Source: Yuukianura sp. NJ FZ-2021 (Eukaryota). From it: 64,000 nucleotides of DNA. The stretch lies in the NCBI GenBank assembly GCA_046563655.1, contig CM102285.1, positions 2,170,001-2,234,000 on the forward strand, given 5' to 3'. Positions 1-18,500 of the stretch are shown here, one piece after another. Below the pieces are notes generated by a model. It was not told the DNA's origin, did no database searches, and worked only from the letters and a program-made list of their open reading frames with translations. A program made the translations under genes and the position numbers. Within the stretch, counting starts at the first letter, position 1, and the number at the start of each line of letters is the position of its first letter.

Positions 1-5797
<5,797 letters not shown>

Positions 5798-6813
5798 TTT
5801 GGTAAAGTCAACGGTTGAAAAATACAAAAATTTATCAACAATTAGTTGGAAAGTAGTGAACTATTTAATATTCTTTCAATATTAAAAATGTTGTAAAGGC
5901 GCGACTCACGAAACAAAAGAATATAAACCAAATTTAAACACTAAAAAAGTAAACAAAAAATTTGTAAGCGTGTATGCATAACCTTTACGTTGATGCACTA
6001 TTCCACCAAAAAAAAAGTTGAGTCGTGTTTTGCTTAGCAGGTTTTCCTCCTCTTGTGTCCTATGAAATGTTCCTTGGGGCTTTGTAGCTGGGATGAAAAT
6101 AAATAAGGGATTTCACCGTAAACAAAATCACATCTTTACCTTGTTTTCATCTAGTGTTGGTAATGTTTGCTTTGCTTTCTTCGTTTCTTGGGTATCAATA
6201 GATGTATATTACAACATAATATGAAGGTGGATTTAAAAAATTATGTTTTTTTTTGTTAGATTCCAACTTAAAAAATTGCAAGTCAGATTTCGATAATCAA
6301 ATGTGGTTGGATATACCCAACTAGGGTAGGATCAAACTTTTAATATGAGTTACTGAGGAAATGAATCACTCTAAACTAAAATTCGCCAAACAAATTTATC
6401 TTTGTGATAAGATCGATAGATTGGCAATTACTAACCGTTCGTAGATTCTTCTTGATACATTTAACTTTCAAGCTGCTGAAAGTTGCTCTTGAAGTGAACG
6501 GTTATTGTCATCATATTAAAAGTTCAGCGAAAATATTTTTGTAATGGCAACAAACAAATCCAATGTTATTTCTAGCCTTTTTGAAAACGAAGCAATGTCG
6601 ATGGGGATAATACTTTCGTGCAGTTTGTCCGAACTGCCCATAGAGGTAACGCAGTAAAATTGACTTTTGAAATCGAAATTTAATGTGAACAAGAATATTG
6701 GAGTTATAATCAGAATGCTTTGAAAGTACAAATTGCAAAAAGCAAGCAAAAAACTGATGCAGATTTTGTTCGTCTAGACTCGTATAACAAATTTTAGTTC
6801 GAACGTCAAGTCA

Positions 6814-7656
6814 ATGGTGATGGGAATGCGAGTTTCAGGCGAATTCAAAGAATTACCAGTTGAGGTAAGTGAAGTATACACTGTATAGCGGCGGTATTTG
6901 CTGTTACTTACAGTTGATTCATATTTTACATATTAATATTTTACTTACGTACTATATTTGCTTTCAATTTGTTAGTTACTGAAGAATGTCCTAAAGCACG
7001 TTGATGACAAGCATGACCTTATCACCTATCGCGCTGTGAACTCTGTTTGGAGAAAAGTTGCGACTGAAATCTTCAAAACATTCAATGAGGAAGAATTTTT
7101 AACCTCAATCGACATTGCGGGATGCAGATGTCAGGGAAAAGATTTAGAAGAGTTAAATATACTTTTGAAAAATGGAGCAAAACTTGGAACACTCCAGTTT
7201 TTCCCCTGCACAATGTTTTGGTTCAGCAATACAAACTTGGATTGTGAAACAGTCCAAACTTTCTTTAACGTTTTCGGACCCTATGTTACCTTCCTTCGGA
7301 TGTACTACTGCTGGAGTCACGTGGACAAAACATCACGCCAAGTTAAATCAATCTATAAACTTCTGACTGTTCAACTTCCAAATTTAAAACGATTGTTCAT
7401 GGACCTGCAACATATCCGACCAAGAGGAGTTCATCGTCCTACATTCTTCTTAACTAAAACAAGTGAACTGGATAAAGAAGAAACGGTCAAAGCTACTTTG
7501 CCAAATTTGGAACAACTTGTTGCTGAAAATTGTTACCTGGGACAAGCTGGAACTGTTGAAAAAGAAATTGCCGCTGCGGCGCCAAATCTTCAAATTTCGA
7601 AGATTTATAACAAATGGTACTGCGGAAGGTACCCATTTAACCATATGTGGACGTAA
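6814..7656 (+). CDS. F-box domain protein with degenerate LRR-like C-terminus (2 exons: 6814-6864, 6976-7656)
   Basis: Splicing gag|gtaagt to ttag|ttactg gives FKELPVELLKNVLKHVDDKHDLITYRAVNSVWRKVA (F-box consensus LP.E...I...L....L......V...W); LPNLKRL and LPNLEQL motifs follow. Confidence 0.8.
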
Positions 7657-7961
7657 GTTGATTGTTCAAAATATAATTCTATTATTTGAAATCCAATCTG
7701 TATAATTTATGTTCCAGTTAATCGGTTTATGTCTATTTCATGAGTTGTTGTGACCTAACATTACTTAAAATATTGCTTAAAAAGATTAGTAAAGTAGGCT
7801 TGCTTTGATTATAGAAGTCGATTTGGATGCATTATGTGACTTCCTCCGACTTACTGTTCAACTTTCAAATTGATAGTTTTCTTATATTCAACATGTTTAA
7901 TACAATCGAGTTAAGTCAAGTGAGACAAGGTCAAGCGATTCAAGTAAGAAATAGACCAATT

Positions 7962-9763
7962 TTAAAAATCAAATTCATCTCCAGTTTCAGAAGAGGCCGG
8001 AGACATTTTGGAGTCAACTTTGCATTCATTGGAAAGAACTGACGGAGAAGTTGTAGTAGTCCTTGACACAACTGCATTTTCTTCATCCGTATCTTCTAGC
8101 TTAAACTCAGTTTCACTTCCAGTGGCACTGTCGTCGTCAAGGCAAAGCAATTTTTTAAAATTCGACTCCTTTGTGGTACCCCTGGTTCCTCCTATGATTA
8201 GCTTGTCATTTCGATCTTCTGCCACTTGTTCCGATTCCTGGATTTTCTCAGAATCACTTTTAGTTTCTGCTGCATCTTCACTGTCAGTATCATCCATTAC
8301 AAATGTTCCTTTCTTTACAGGAACTCTTGACCTCTTGACGTCTGGACTTTCTTTAGTGACGGCATTTGCCTTAGGCTGTCGACGGTTGGCTGGAGGTGGT
8401 TTCGGTTTGGACTTGATATTCTTATTAGAAGTGGACGGGACTGCCTCTGCGTTATCTTCTAAATCGCCTACGTCGACGTCGTAGTCGTCGATAACCAAAC
8501 GACTCTTTTTAGGCCGACCTCGTGTCGGCTTCGTGGGTTTGACCTCTCCTATTGCTTTCGGTGGGCGGCGGTTGTTTTTTACTGGTGTAGTTTTTGACTT
8601 GACATTTTTCTCTGGAGTGGACACAGCAGGCTCCTTGTCGTCCTCTTCTAAACCAAAGTCACCCTCACTTCCTGTCTCACTTTCATTGGTAATCAAACGG
8701 TTATTCTTGGTGGTTTCACTTTTTGATTCGGCAGCTGCTCTAGACGGAAGATGGCTGGTTTCAGAAGTTGGTATTCGACTTAATCTGGATCCGAAGCCAG
8801 GGTTATCCAAATCCGTATCACGACCATACTCATCGGAACTGTTAGCTCCGGAATCTGAAGTGTTCAGCTCAGCGGATTCATCCGAACTGTTAATTTGAGC
8901 CCTCTTCGATGCCTTTTTCTTGTCAAATTGCACTCCCTCCAGTTCACAAATTCTCCGCTTCTTGGTGTTTAAGATTTTTGTAAAGGCACGATAGTGGCAG
9001 TCTTCCCATCGGGCTTTCGAAACAGTCATTTCATCAAGGAGCTTTTTCAGCTGTGCATTCTCCTTTTGCAATGTCTGGATTTCTGTTTTTGTTTCAGTCG
9101 ACTGTTGCGACAGTTTAGAAGAATTGAGAATGATGCGGGATAGAACCAGAATACCTTCAGAAGCCTTGATCTGGAAGAAGTAGAAAAATTGGACGTTACA
9201 TATCAAACTAACGACGGTAACTTTCCTTGAATATTAATTATGAGTCCAACTGGTGCTACCTCCTCAAGTTTGGCTTCCAGAATGGTTTTGGGATTCTTTG
9301 TATCCATTAGATTAACAAGGACCACTTTCTGAGGAACTTTAAATCTATAAGTGATCTCGAAGGTAAAACTGTCAGATGATCCAACCAAGGCTTTTCCAAT
9401 TTCTTCTAGAAATAACGGACGTGTCAACTCTGCGTTCATTGGATCTGTGTGCCAGTCTTCAATGATTTCTTCCGTAATCTGAAACATAAACATGAAGCTC
9501 ACTGTAAACACTGCAAAAAGATACAAGTTATAAATAAGTATGAATAATTGCGTGGAGCAAAATTCCTGGTATAGATGTAAACTGGTAGATCTAGTTTTAC
9601 CCAACGTTCTTACCATTGCCTTGAATGCCATGAAATTGTTAGTTACGAAGGGATTAGTTAGAATTACTGCTGTGCTTGGAGCAGTTCCAGTAGACATCAG
9701 GTATATTTCTTCCGTACTAGTCGGACGGAGTATGTGGACATGACAGTAGCTGCTAAAATCCAT
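7962..9763 (-). CDS. XRCC4: XRCC4-like NHEJ DNA repair protein (about 3 exons)
   Basis: N-terminal head, coiled coil ending EDCHYRAFTKILNTKKRRICELE (resembles the XRCC4 ligase IV-binding region LYKRFILVLNEKKTKIRSL), then a long acidic/basic disordered tail with YGRDTD- and DDTDSE-type motifs. Confidence 0.75.
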
Positions 9764-10371
9764 TGCATGCTAAGTGGAATGTAATAATTTAATGAAACGT
9801 TTACCGATTTTAACTTTAAATTTGGTTATGTATGTTGAAACGCGTTCAACCGGCTTCCTAAAGTTAAAAATTTCTAAACTTACTTAACAACAACAAATCA
9901 CACAGCAGTTGATAATTCAACTAGGCACACCAATACTCTGAAAGATCGGAAAACGGTTGAGATGAACCAGCTCTTGCCGCTCTTGTAACCGTTTAAGAAA
10001 ACTGTCTTTATGCCCAAAACATATATTGCGGTAATCTAAATAATTAACGCGTTATCTGAAATAATTAGTATATGATAATCGTAGTTGTGATAACCACTTA
10101 AGAGCCACTTCACGTCAACTAAAAGGTCCAAACGTACGCAGTGCTCATATATTAGTATGTTTACACCAAAAACGAGAAACGCCTTCACGCTATGTCGCAG
10201 GGTGAGCGGGCCTTGGTTGATACTGCTGATACTAATTTTTTTGGAGTGACCTTTGACGTTTGCCTGTAGTGAATACGGCGCAGTATTCCAGAATTAATCA
10301 AAGATTCAAATCGAGATTCAAATCAAATGGAGTTCGAAGGAGTGTGAATGCTTCTCAATGCAGGGCGTCAA

Positions 10372-10676
10372 CGGTCTCTAATTGTAACAGGTTTGAAATC
10401 ATGGACACTATTTGAAAATCGGCATTTCGAGTCTTATCTCAAGGGACGTCTTTTTGCCTGATACCGCAACTACAATGGCAAGATTCATATTAACCTCACA
10501 ACTACACTCCAAGTCTCTTTCCAAATTTATATGATTTGAATCCACCAATTCCATGTGGATTCTGTGCATCAGTCCAAATCGGATTGTGCAGTTGGTTCCA
10601 AACTGGTCCAAGTCCCAAGAAGACAAGATTATATAGGCAACTTTTATGTAACCTAATTGTCGAACTCACGATTTAA
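10372..10676 (+). pseudogene. Decayed paralog of the secreted beta/gamma-crystallin-domain genes at 20054 and 26349
   Basis: RSLIVTGLKSWTLFENRHF, then after a frameshift SFCLIP...*PHNYTPSLFPNLYDLNP; aligns to GSLIITGKNPWTIFD...VCLQP...STPSLISDISDFNP of the intact copies. Confidence 0.6.
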
Positions 10677-10858
10677 TTAAAATTGAAATTCTGACAACGT
10701 CGTCGACAAGTTCCCTATTTTGTTAAAAATACCTAGAATACAGTGCGTTCAAAAGTTTAGAGAACTTTCGCTAACACAAATAAAGTTTTCTTTTTCTAAA
10801 AGAAGCAGAGTGTTTCATCAAGAAGAATTCTTGTATTGTCAAAATAATTCAGCATATT

Positions 10859-11186
10859 AGGCAGTTTCAAATAAAGCGATTATAATCGCTTTTCAGATTA
10901 ATCTGCCAAGTCAGATTAATCTGAGCCCGCGCGCAGGCGCAATGCGCCACTTTTTGGATTATAATCGGCCAAAAAAGAATCCACAAAAACCACGATTCTC
11001 TTGGATTAATCTGCTCCCTCCACCCGACCATCACCACCCACTGTTGTTATTTTTGAAATTTTCAATTCCCGCCCTTCCACATCAGCTGATAATCGGCCGA
11101 AAAAATCGGATACACTCAAATAAATCGATTATAATCCAAGCCGGGTTAATCCGCGGAGGATTATAATCTTTTATTTGAAACTGCCT
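10859..11186. mobile_element. MITE with ~28-bp TIRs
   Basis: AGGCAGTTTCAAATAAAGCGATTATAATC ... GATTATAATCTTTTATTTGAAACTGCCT; internal GATTATAATC/GATTAATC repeats; TSD not clean. Confidence 0.75.
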
Positions 11187-11214
11187 TGTTGTTGTTGCCA
11201 ACTCTCAGGTTTCA

Positions 11215-14200
11215 TCATTCTAGTATTTCTATGCCCGAATATGCCTTAATCCAACCAGTATACTGCGTAACATCGAGCTAAACCGGAATAAAAAAGAACA
11301 TTCGTTCAATATCTATAAAATTAGCTTTCATTGTTTAAAGTTTCATTTGATAATCATTGTAATATACAGTATATACGTCCTTACATACAGTCCTGGGATG
11401 CCTAGGGTACCACAACCAATACCTAAAATTTAAATCAAACAGCGATATTCAATGTACTTTAAAATAAAATAATTTAAATAATATATAATTGTTTAGAATA
11501 ATGCTAATGCTAGTAAGCTAACAATAAGCTTTGTAATTAGTTGTAGTTGTACCGCTAACTATGATACCGCACAAAACATTTTCGTTTGCGCCGGCTTTCT
11601 TGTTGAATGCTGAACATGCCAACGGCCCTCCCACGTCTCCCTTCAAACAACATATTAAAGTAGTGCAAAAAGTTGTAATTCTTTTTAGCTGGAATACGCT
11701 GGAACATGAAAAGTTATTATTTATAGTATAAAATATATTATGTAATATAATATAATAATAATGCAATATTATTATTACTATCGTATCATTACATAATATT
11801 ATAATACAATATTGACAATTGTGGTCATCTTACCTTACAGGGGTCAACTGTTACATTTTTAACGCCGGCACTAAAATTTAAAAAAGATAGCGTTGTTTAA
11901 AACATTTTAACACTCCAAAGTGAAAAAAACTTTTAAAATCCTGAAATCGATTACTTTTTCAAATTTATACTTTAGTATACGCCTGGAAATTATATAGTAA
12001 CTAGAATCTTCGGTGGCCTACGGCCACCGAAAGATTCTAGACTGTTGCGTATGTTCCAGTTTGACTGACTAATCGCACAAAACACGATTACCCAATAGTT
12101 AAATTTACAAAAAGACGGGCCAAAAACAAATGTTGGGTACAATTATCCAATGTTTAGTTTATTTCAACCCTTGTTGTCATGCGCGCAGCGGAGGGTAGAT
12201 TCGCTATTGGGAGAGTAAATGAGGAGAGTGGATGGATAAGAAGACCACTACTACGACATATAGCTTCTTTTCCTCGTGTGCTTGAGTGAGAGTTAACTGT
12301 TTATGTTATGCTCCTATTCACACACAGTGAATGGGAGAGCATTGAGTTAACTCTCACTTCACTCACATGCGGCCGTCCTAACTGCAGACGGTTGAGTTCG
12401 ATCTGTGTTTTATGTGTATGATATTAGCAGGTTTTTGGATTTGTACACTATTTTTTTTAAAGTTATTCTAAACCGTGCGCTAGAAACAAAAAAAATAACC
12501 GAAACTAGACGGAACTACAGGTGACGATGGTTTTATGTATTTGGAATTAAGTTATGTTCACACTTACCAAAAGTGGTAGTTCTTAACGAATGTAGCTAAT
12601 TTTGTGTGTTCAGAAGAAGATAAATACATCTTGACGCAGTCCTGCCTGGTAAAAGTACTCACAGTAGCTGTCAGTAGCCTGTGAGGAAAAAATGACTCGT
12701 CGAATGCTTCACCTTGCTTTATCCTTTTTACATAACCCCATCCAGCTACCGTTGCAGTAACCTCTGCAAACATAAATTGAGACGTGTATACTGATAATAA
12801 ATAAAACATTATGATTCTATTCAACTGGGCTGAATGTACTGTACATTATATTACTATAAATAATAACGTTTCCTAGTAGCGCATAACCGCCGAAGCAGTA
12901 ACTGCTGGTTAATAAGAGCCAAAAACAACAGCAGCTTATTTTACAATCTGCCTAGGGTGAGCTGTTTTAACAATTTTAAATTCCTGATATAGAAAGTAAC
13001 ACAATGAGTTCATCAGATTTTTTGGCTGCGGCATGTTTTTCTTTTACGTACCATCTTCTCCCATAACACCCGCATACCCAGGTTTGGCCACTGGAATGGG
13101 CTTCACAAATTCGGTGAAGGTGAGCTTGCCGGTGAACACCAAGATTGCAATGTCGTGGTTACCCGAAGCAATACTGTACAAATCATGTACTATAATCTTC
13201 TCCAGTTGCATAACTTGTTCATGGTTCTCGTCTATTCGCGTGTCGTATTCTCCAGCCACGAAGCTGTAGTCCTTCTGAAGAATGCCCAACTCAATGAGAC
13301 CATCAGGCGTGTGAAAACAACCTACATTGTAGTGTGATTTATGAACCAAGGATGTCATAATTTTGAGCAAGTTACCAGTACATGGAATCTGTTTTCAAAT
13401 ATCTTCCTCCATCCCCAACAATTATTACATACTGCTGGGGTTCCTTAGGTTAGAAACCCACTACTACAAAAATTGAAAAAACAGATCGCGCGACAAATTT
13501 GTATACGTCATGGGGAGATTTTTTGCGCGCGATCTGTTTTTCAAATTTTTTTTAGTGAGTTTCTTTAGGAACCCCAGCAGTAGCATAACAAAACATGTAC
13601 TCAAAACACTCAAAAGGGTCTGGGGAAAAGTCAGAATGCTCAGAAAACCTGGTAAAAGGGTATATGTGAACTTTACCTATACTTATCTGGTATACTATAC
13701 TATACTACAATACACTATACTATACTATATTAAACCTTACTACTGTATCAGTTTTTCTGACTTTTCTGACTGTCAGGAAATTCTGACTGTTCCCATGACC
13801 CTACTCAAAACTTACTGGCCGCTGATAGTGCCATTTTGTCCGAGATAATTGATGCTCCGCAGACGACTTTTTTCACATCATCACTCTTTTTCACAGCAAT
13901 CATGTACGGAACGTCTCCAGGGTTGGATACATCTGCGTGATGTATTTTCTTTGATGGAATGCGCGATATTGGTTTCTCACAACCTTCTGTTTATGACAAA
14001 CATGTTCAGTTAAAGACCAAAGTAAGCATAGTATAGTTTATCAATGTTGTGCATAGTAAAAAAAAAGATTTTAAAAAGGAATGTCAAAAAAGGTTAATAA
14101 CATATTTCAAACTCCTATTACAGTATTATCAAATATGATAAAATTTTATGAAATATTAAATCTAACATGGCAAACAATACACAGCGTGCACAGCAATTGC

Positions 14201-14478
14201 AAATTGCAATGTACCGATTCATACTAACTTGTTATTTTTACAGGCTCAAATTGAAATCGAAAAATTTCGCCGTTCGGGCTAACACGCACTAGAAGTAATG
14301 AAAAACACTTGTGAAATATTATTCATAATTTAAAAAAATATAGTTGTGTAGAGTCTTATTAATTTTTTTTACCCAGTTGTTCTTCCCAAGTATCTCCATC
14401 GCTTCCCTCGTTGTACTCATCTTCGTAATGCTGTGCAAGTACAATTGAGAAAAACAAAAATATCAAATAGACAAACAT
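11215..14478 (-). CDS. Secreted trypsin-fold serine protease homolog, catalytically dead, multi-exon
   Basis: Signal peptide MFVYLIFLFFSIVLA; VCGASII..ALSAASC (TAAHC His to Ser), HDIAIL, TVAGWG, GDVGGPLAC (GDSGGP Ser to Val), GIGCG..GIPGLY, DVTQYTGWI. Confidence 0.85.
12001..12421 (-). mobile_element. Non-autonomous Helitron in an intron of the protease homolog
   Basis: On the minus strand it starts A|TCATACACATAAAAC and ends CTAG|T, with the terminal hairpin CTAGAATCTTCGGTGGCC-TAC-GGCCACCGAAAGATTCTAG (12001-12040); no TSD. Confidence 0.7.
13432..13580. mobile_element. Tc1/mariner-type palindromic MITE
   Basis: TA|CTGCTGGGGTTCCT ... AGGAACCCCAGCAG|TA; nearly the whole element is an inverted repeat (CAGATCGCGCG / CGCGCGATCTG). 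Confidence 0.8.
13615..13802. mobile_element. Degenerate MITE (possibly hAT-derived)
   Basis: AGGGTCTGGGGAAAAGTCAGAAT ... ATTCTGACTGTTCCCATGACCCT imperfect TIRs; ACTCAAAA occurs on both flanks; internal (TACTA)n. Confidence 0.5.
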
Positions 14479-15063
14479 TTTTTTAAAGCTTGAAAGTTTG
14501 CTCTTCACCCAACTTTTAAATTTTCTAAAATTTCAAATAAAATTGGATTTCAAGAACTAACAAGGACGGTGACAACACCAAATTGTTTTCAGTAGTGAAG
14601 GTTGTTTATCAATTGTTATTCGGCGTTCGAATCTTTTGTTTTACTTTCAAGGAAGTTTTACATGTGAGTAATAATTTCCTATGCGGTAGGTCTATGTTTG
14701 CAACCTTGCGTATGCGCCTTCAAAGTTTATTAAAATGCTAACTATTAATTGGGCATTTTCCACTGTTTTGAATCAAAACCACCGTATTTTTCATTTCACA
14801 AAAATATTTTAAGTTTTTAATTGCCACTGTAATTTTAATTTACAAGACAAATTAAATTGCCTTTTGAAACTTCCTGGGTTGAATTTATAGAAGAGTAAAA
14901 CTTTTAGTCATAACTTTGACTTTTGATGAACTTTTTAGCATAAGTCAAAAACGTTTTGCTGGTTTACGGGCCTTATTATTGCTTCATGTTTCGTTAACTT
15001 TCAAATTTCGAAGTATTTCCTAATATCAGTTAACGTTCGGATATATTGTCACTTCACCAACCC

Positions 15064-15278
15064 AAGGTTCCTTGACAACGAAACATTAATTTTTTTAGCA
15101 GGTGGAGTACTACCTGGCAAATTGTTGACAAAACATGAAAAAAAAAGCAGAAAACAAAAATTAGTAACCAATTCGCTTGTGAAATTTAAAAAATGTGGCT
15201 GTATTGCGATGAGTACGATGCCCGTAAAGGACCTTTTTTTGCAAATTCGATTAAAAATGAGGTATTACTCAACCTGTC
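15064..15278. mobile_element. Diverged, 3'-eroded copy of the MITE family at 48866-49162
   Basis: Shares AAGGTTCCTTGACAACGAA, GTACTACCT, TTAAAAAATG..TTGC.ATGA.TACGATG and ATGAGGTA.TAC.CAACCTG with the intact copy. Confidence 0.65.
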
Positions 15279-15525
15279 AAAGTAAATCAAAGTCAACAAA
15301 CCTTGTAACCAACCGTTTCAACACTTTTTAATTTTTTCTATTCTAAACTTTCTACTTGTTTAATTGCCTTTTGTTATATAATTCACAATTCGTTATAACT
15401 TTTCTTACCAAAACTTGAGCGTTTGAAGTCAAATGCAATTTTTGTATCATCGTAACTTTTAAACAAATATATCAAACTTACGGACAATATTATTTTTGTA
15501 TATTTTGGAATTTCAGGCGCTTAAA

Positions 15526-18500
15526 ATGAGAATTTGTTTGTACCTGTGCGTTGTATTTTTCGTAAAAGTGATCCTACTATGTTCCTTAGTAGTTGCCGAG
15601 TGTGATGAAAACGGAAACGTTTTCATCACCGGCGACGTAGTAAGCTTAAAAAATTTGTTTGACACAAATTCGTTTGTTTGCGAACCTGATCGTCTTCCAA
15701 AATCCATTACCATTTTGGCGTCTGCACTCTTTGAAGTGGATACAGAGGAAGCATGGGGTCCGATTTTGGTACAACCCAGAGGCTTCTTTACATTGGTGGC
15801 CAAGATTGTGTTTCAATCGGTAGGTTTAGTACCAAACGGTGGAGAACGACGCAAACGCAGAGAAGTCAGTTCTTCTTTGCGTAAGTATTGGCAAGGGTCA
15901 GAGAGCGGGAACTTTATAGGAGTAGCAATGGAATGGCTCACAGGTGACCTGGGAGTGACCTATGGCGTTGCCAAACGGGAATGTTACTGGAAACCACTGT
16001 TTAACTTTGATGATAGCACAGGTTACTATTACAAACTGTAAAAACATTATTATTAAGTAGCGAATTTAGTTGATGCTTCATGTGTTTCCCGTGTCTGTCT
16101 GTCTGTCCGTCCGCCTGTCTGCCTACGCGAGTCTATAATTCTGAAACCATTGGACCGATTTTCAATCTATTTTAACAAATGAACTTCACTTTGTCTCAGG
16201 TGAATAATCGGTGTCCAATATGAACAGAAGGTCTTTAATTCCGGGTCAAAGGTCAAGGTCAAGTACATTGTTGGCGGAGATCAAAAAAATCACTCATGCA
16301 AAAGTTGTTCATCTCGTCGAGACAAATAACTTTTGTGTATCTGACCTTGACCTTTGGCCTGGTGCTTCAAATGAATGAATCTTTCCCTTATAAACCTTCT
16401 GTATATTTCGCTAGCTACATACGACGCTTACAACGGTTTATTCCAATTGTTTCTTTTAGATTTCGATTGAATTTATGAATACTTCTAATTCAGTTTTTGT
16501 AAAAAGTTTCAGCCACTATCACGATTGATGACAGAACGCTGGCTCAGGTGCAACTTACTGAAGATGAAACGTACTACAAATTGGAGTTTGAGAAAACCGT
16601 GACTGTGGACGGGAGTGATTTCGTTGTGTCCACTGCCTCAGGGATGTTCAAGCTCGAAAAAACGCCGTCCATTGGTTGCCAGCCTGATGGGAAAGACTGC
16701 GAAGAAAATTTTTATATAGCCGGTGAAAACTCTGAACTTGTCAAAAAATCTTCAAAGTCCGACACTGCACATGGCTCCGACTGTCAACCAATCCCCGAAT
16801 CAGAAAATAAAGCAACTGTTTACAGCAACGGTTATTGGTGGGTGGATATTACGCAGTACGTCAGTGACACTCCAGAAACGGTTGCCAAAACGGCGCTTGA
16901 CGTTGTAACCAAAATTCGTCACTGGACCTTTGACCTTACTCAAAAACAAAATCTGATGTCAGCTAGTGAGATTACAGTGCTGACCGGTTTAATTGACACC
17001 GTAGTTGACCAACTTCCAATCCAGCGTGACATTCTGTTTTACAACGAGTTGAAACTAATAGTTGAAAATTCGCGAAAAATTGAAAATCGTCTGGAGTCGG
17101 AATTCTTGCGCCGACTCTGTGGTAGAATTTCAGCGTCTGACGGTGACCAACGACGCTTGCTTTGGTTGTACTCGGCAGCCGCCGGGCACCGAAATAGAGT
17201 TGACCGCCAAGATGACCTTATTATTGACTTGAAAGCTTTTGTCGAGCCGATTGAAGCTGCAATTAAAGAAACAAAAGATGCGACAGATAGAAACAAATAT
17301 TTGACGCAATTAGGTGAGGATTACGAAGCTCAAACAAACATTCAAATTCACGAAGCCACAGGTTTGGTGGAAGACACACTTTTGCCAGAATTGAAGGTGG
17401 TCGAAGATAAACTTGCAAGTGGTTTTGCCGCTATTAAACAGGAAATTTCGAAAGAACTTGAAAAAGCCAAAGCAGATCAAGAAACGCTTGAAACTAATTT
17501 GAAAAATGCCATTTCATTGCAAGTCGCAAATGCTATATTTGGTGTGTTTAGTACGGTTGCGGCTGGAGTCTCAGTCATTGCTCCTCCAATTGGAACTATA
17601 GTAGGCACCGGCCTCAATATCGGCGCCACAGTTGGAAAAGGAATTGTTGACGTAAAAAATCCACAGAGACCGGTCGGCGGTTACGTATTTCCAGCTTCCA
17701 TCAGACAGCAAATGGCTCCTGTTACAAATTTTATCGAACGGAAGCGGGAGACCCTTGAGCGGAAACTCGTTCAGCTAAAAGAAAAATTTCCCAGCGAAGG
17801 TTCTTTTCAAAAACTACTCGAAAAAGCAGTTAACCTGGCAAACGAACGAAACAATCGAAAAAAATTAGCGGAAGTGAAGTTGATCGACGGTGAAATGATG
17901 TCCATCGTGCACGCAATGTCCTCGGAAGCGTCAAAAACCTCGCGCATGCGAGCGACCAGGCAAAAACCACCAACCGAGACAAACTTCACAGCCATCGCAG
18001 GCAGAGTAAAAGTGGCAGGCGATATTCTTACTTCAGCAACTGGGGCGGTGCAGGAGTATTTTGCAGCTGAAAACAACATTAAAACAATTAAAATTCAATT
18101 AGGCAAAGTTAAAAAAGAAGTTGAAGAAATGATTGAATTTAGAGACAAAACCTTCGAAAAAATGATGCCAATGGCGTTGGATTTACTGGACAGCATGAGT
18201 TTAACTGCCGAAGAATTCAATGATGAAGGGCTTGCTGCCATTGACGTCTCAACCTGGAACATAAAACAGGCCATTGGTGATGTCAAGCTTGAAATAGTCA
18301 AAATCCTTGCAAGTTTTCTCGCTGTAAAAGAAATTGAACACTCTTTCGAAAAATTGGAAGCCGTCATAGCAACTGTTGGACTCGTTTTTGAGCGCGTAGC
18401 GCAAATGAAAGAGCAACAAAGATTTGCAAATCTTGTTGTCGGCTTAGCAACAAAGGCAAAGCCAGCAGATCCACTCCAAGAGGAAATGCAACGCGTAATG

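Noticed and set aside
5895-6035. Weak inverted repeat GCGACTCA ... TGAGTCGT downstream of FAS
   Set aside because: Too short and degenerate, with no TSD
8008-8898. Plus-strand 158-aa and 121-aa ORFs
   Set aside because: Antisense shadows of the XRCC4-like exon
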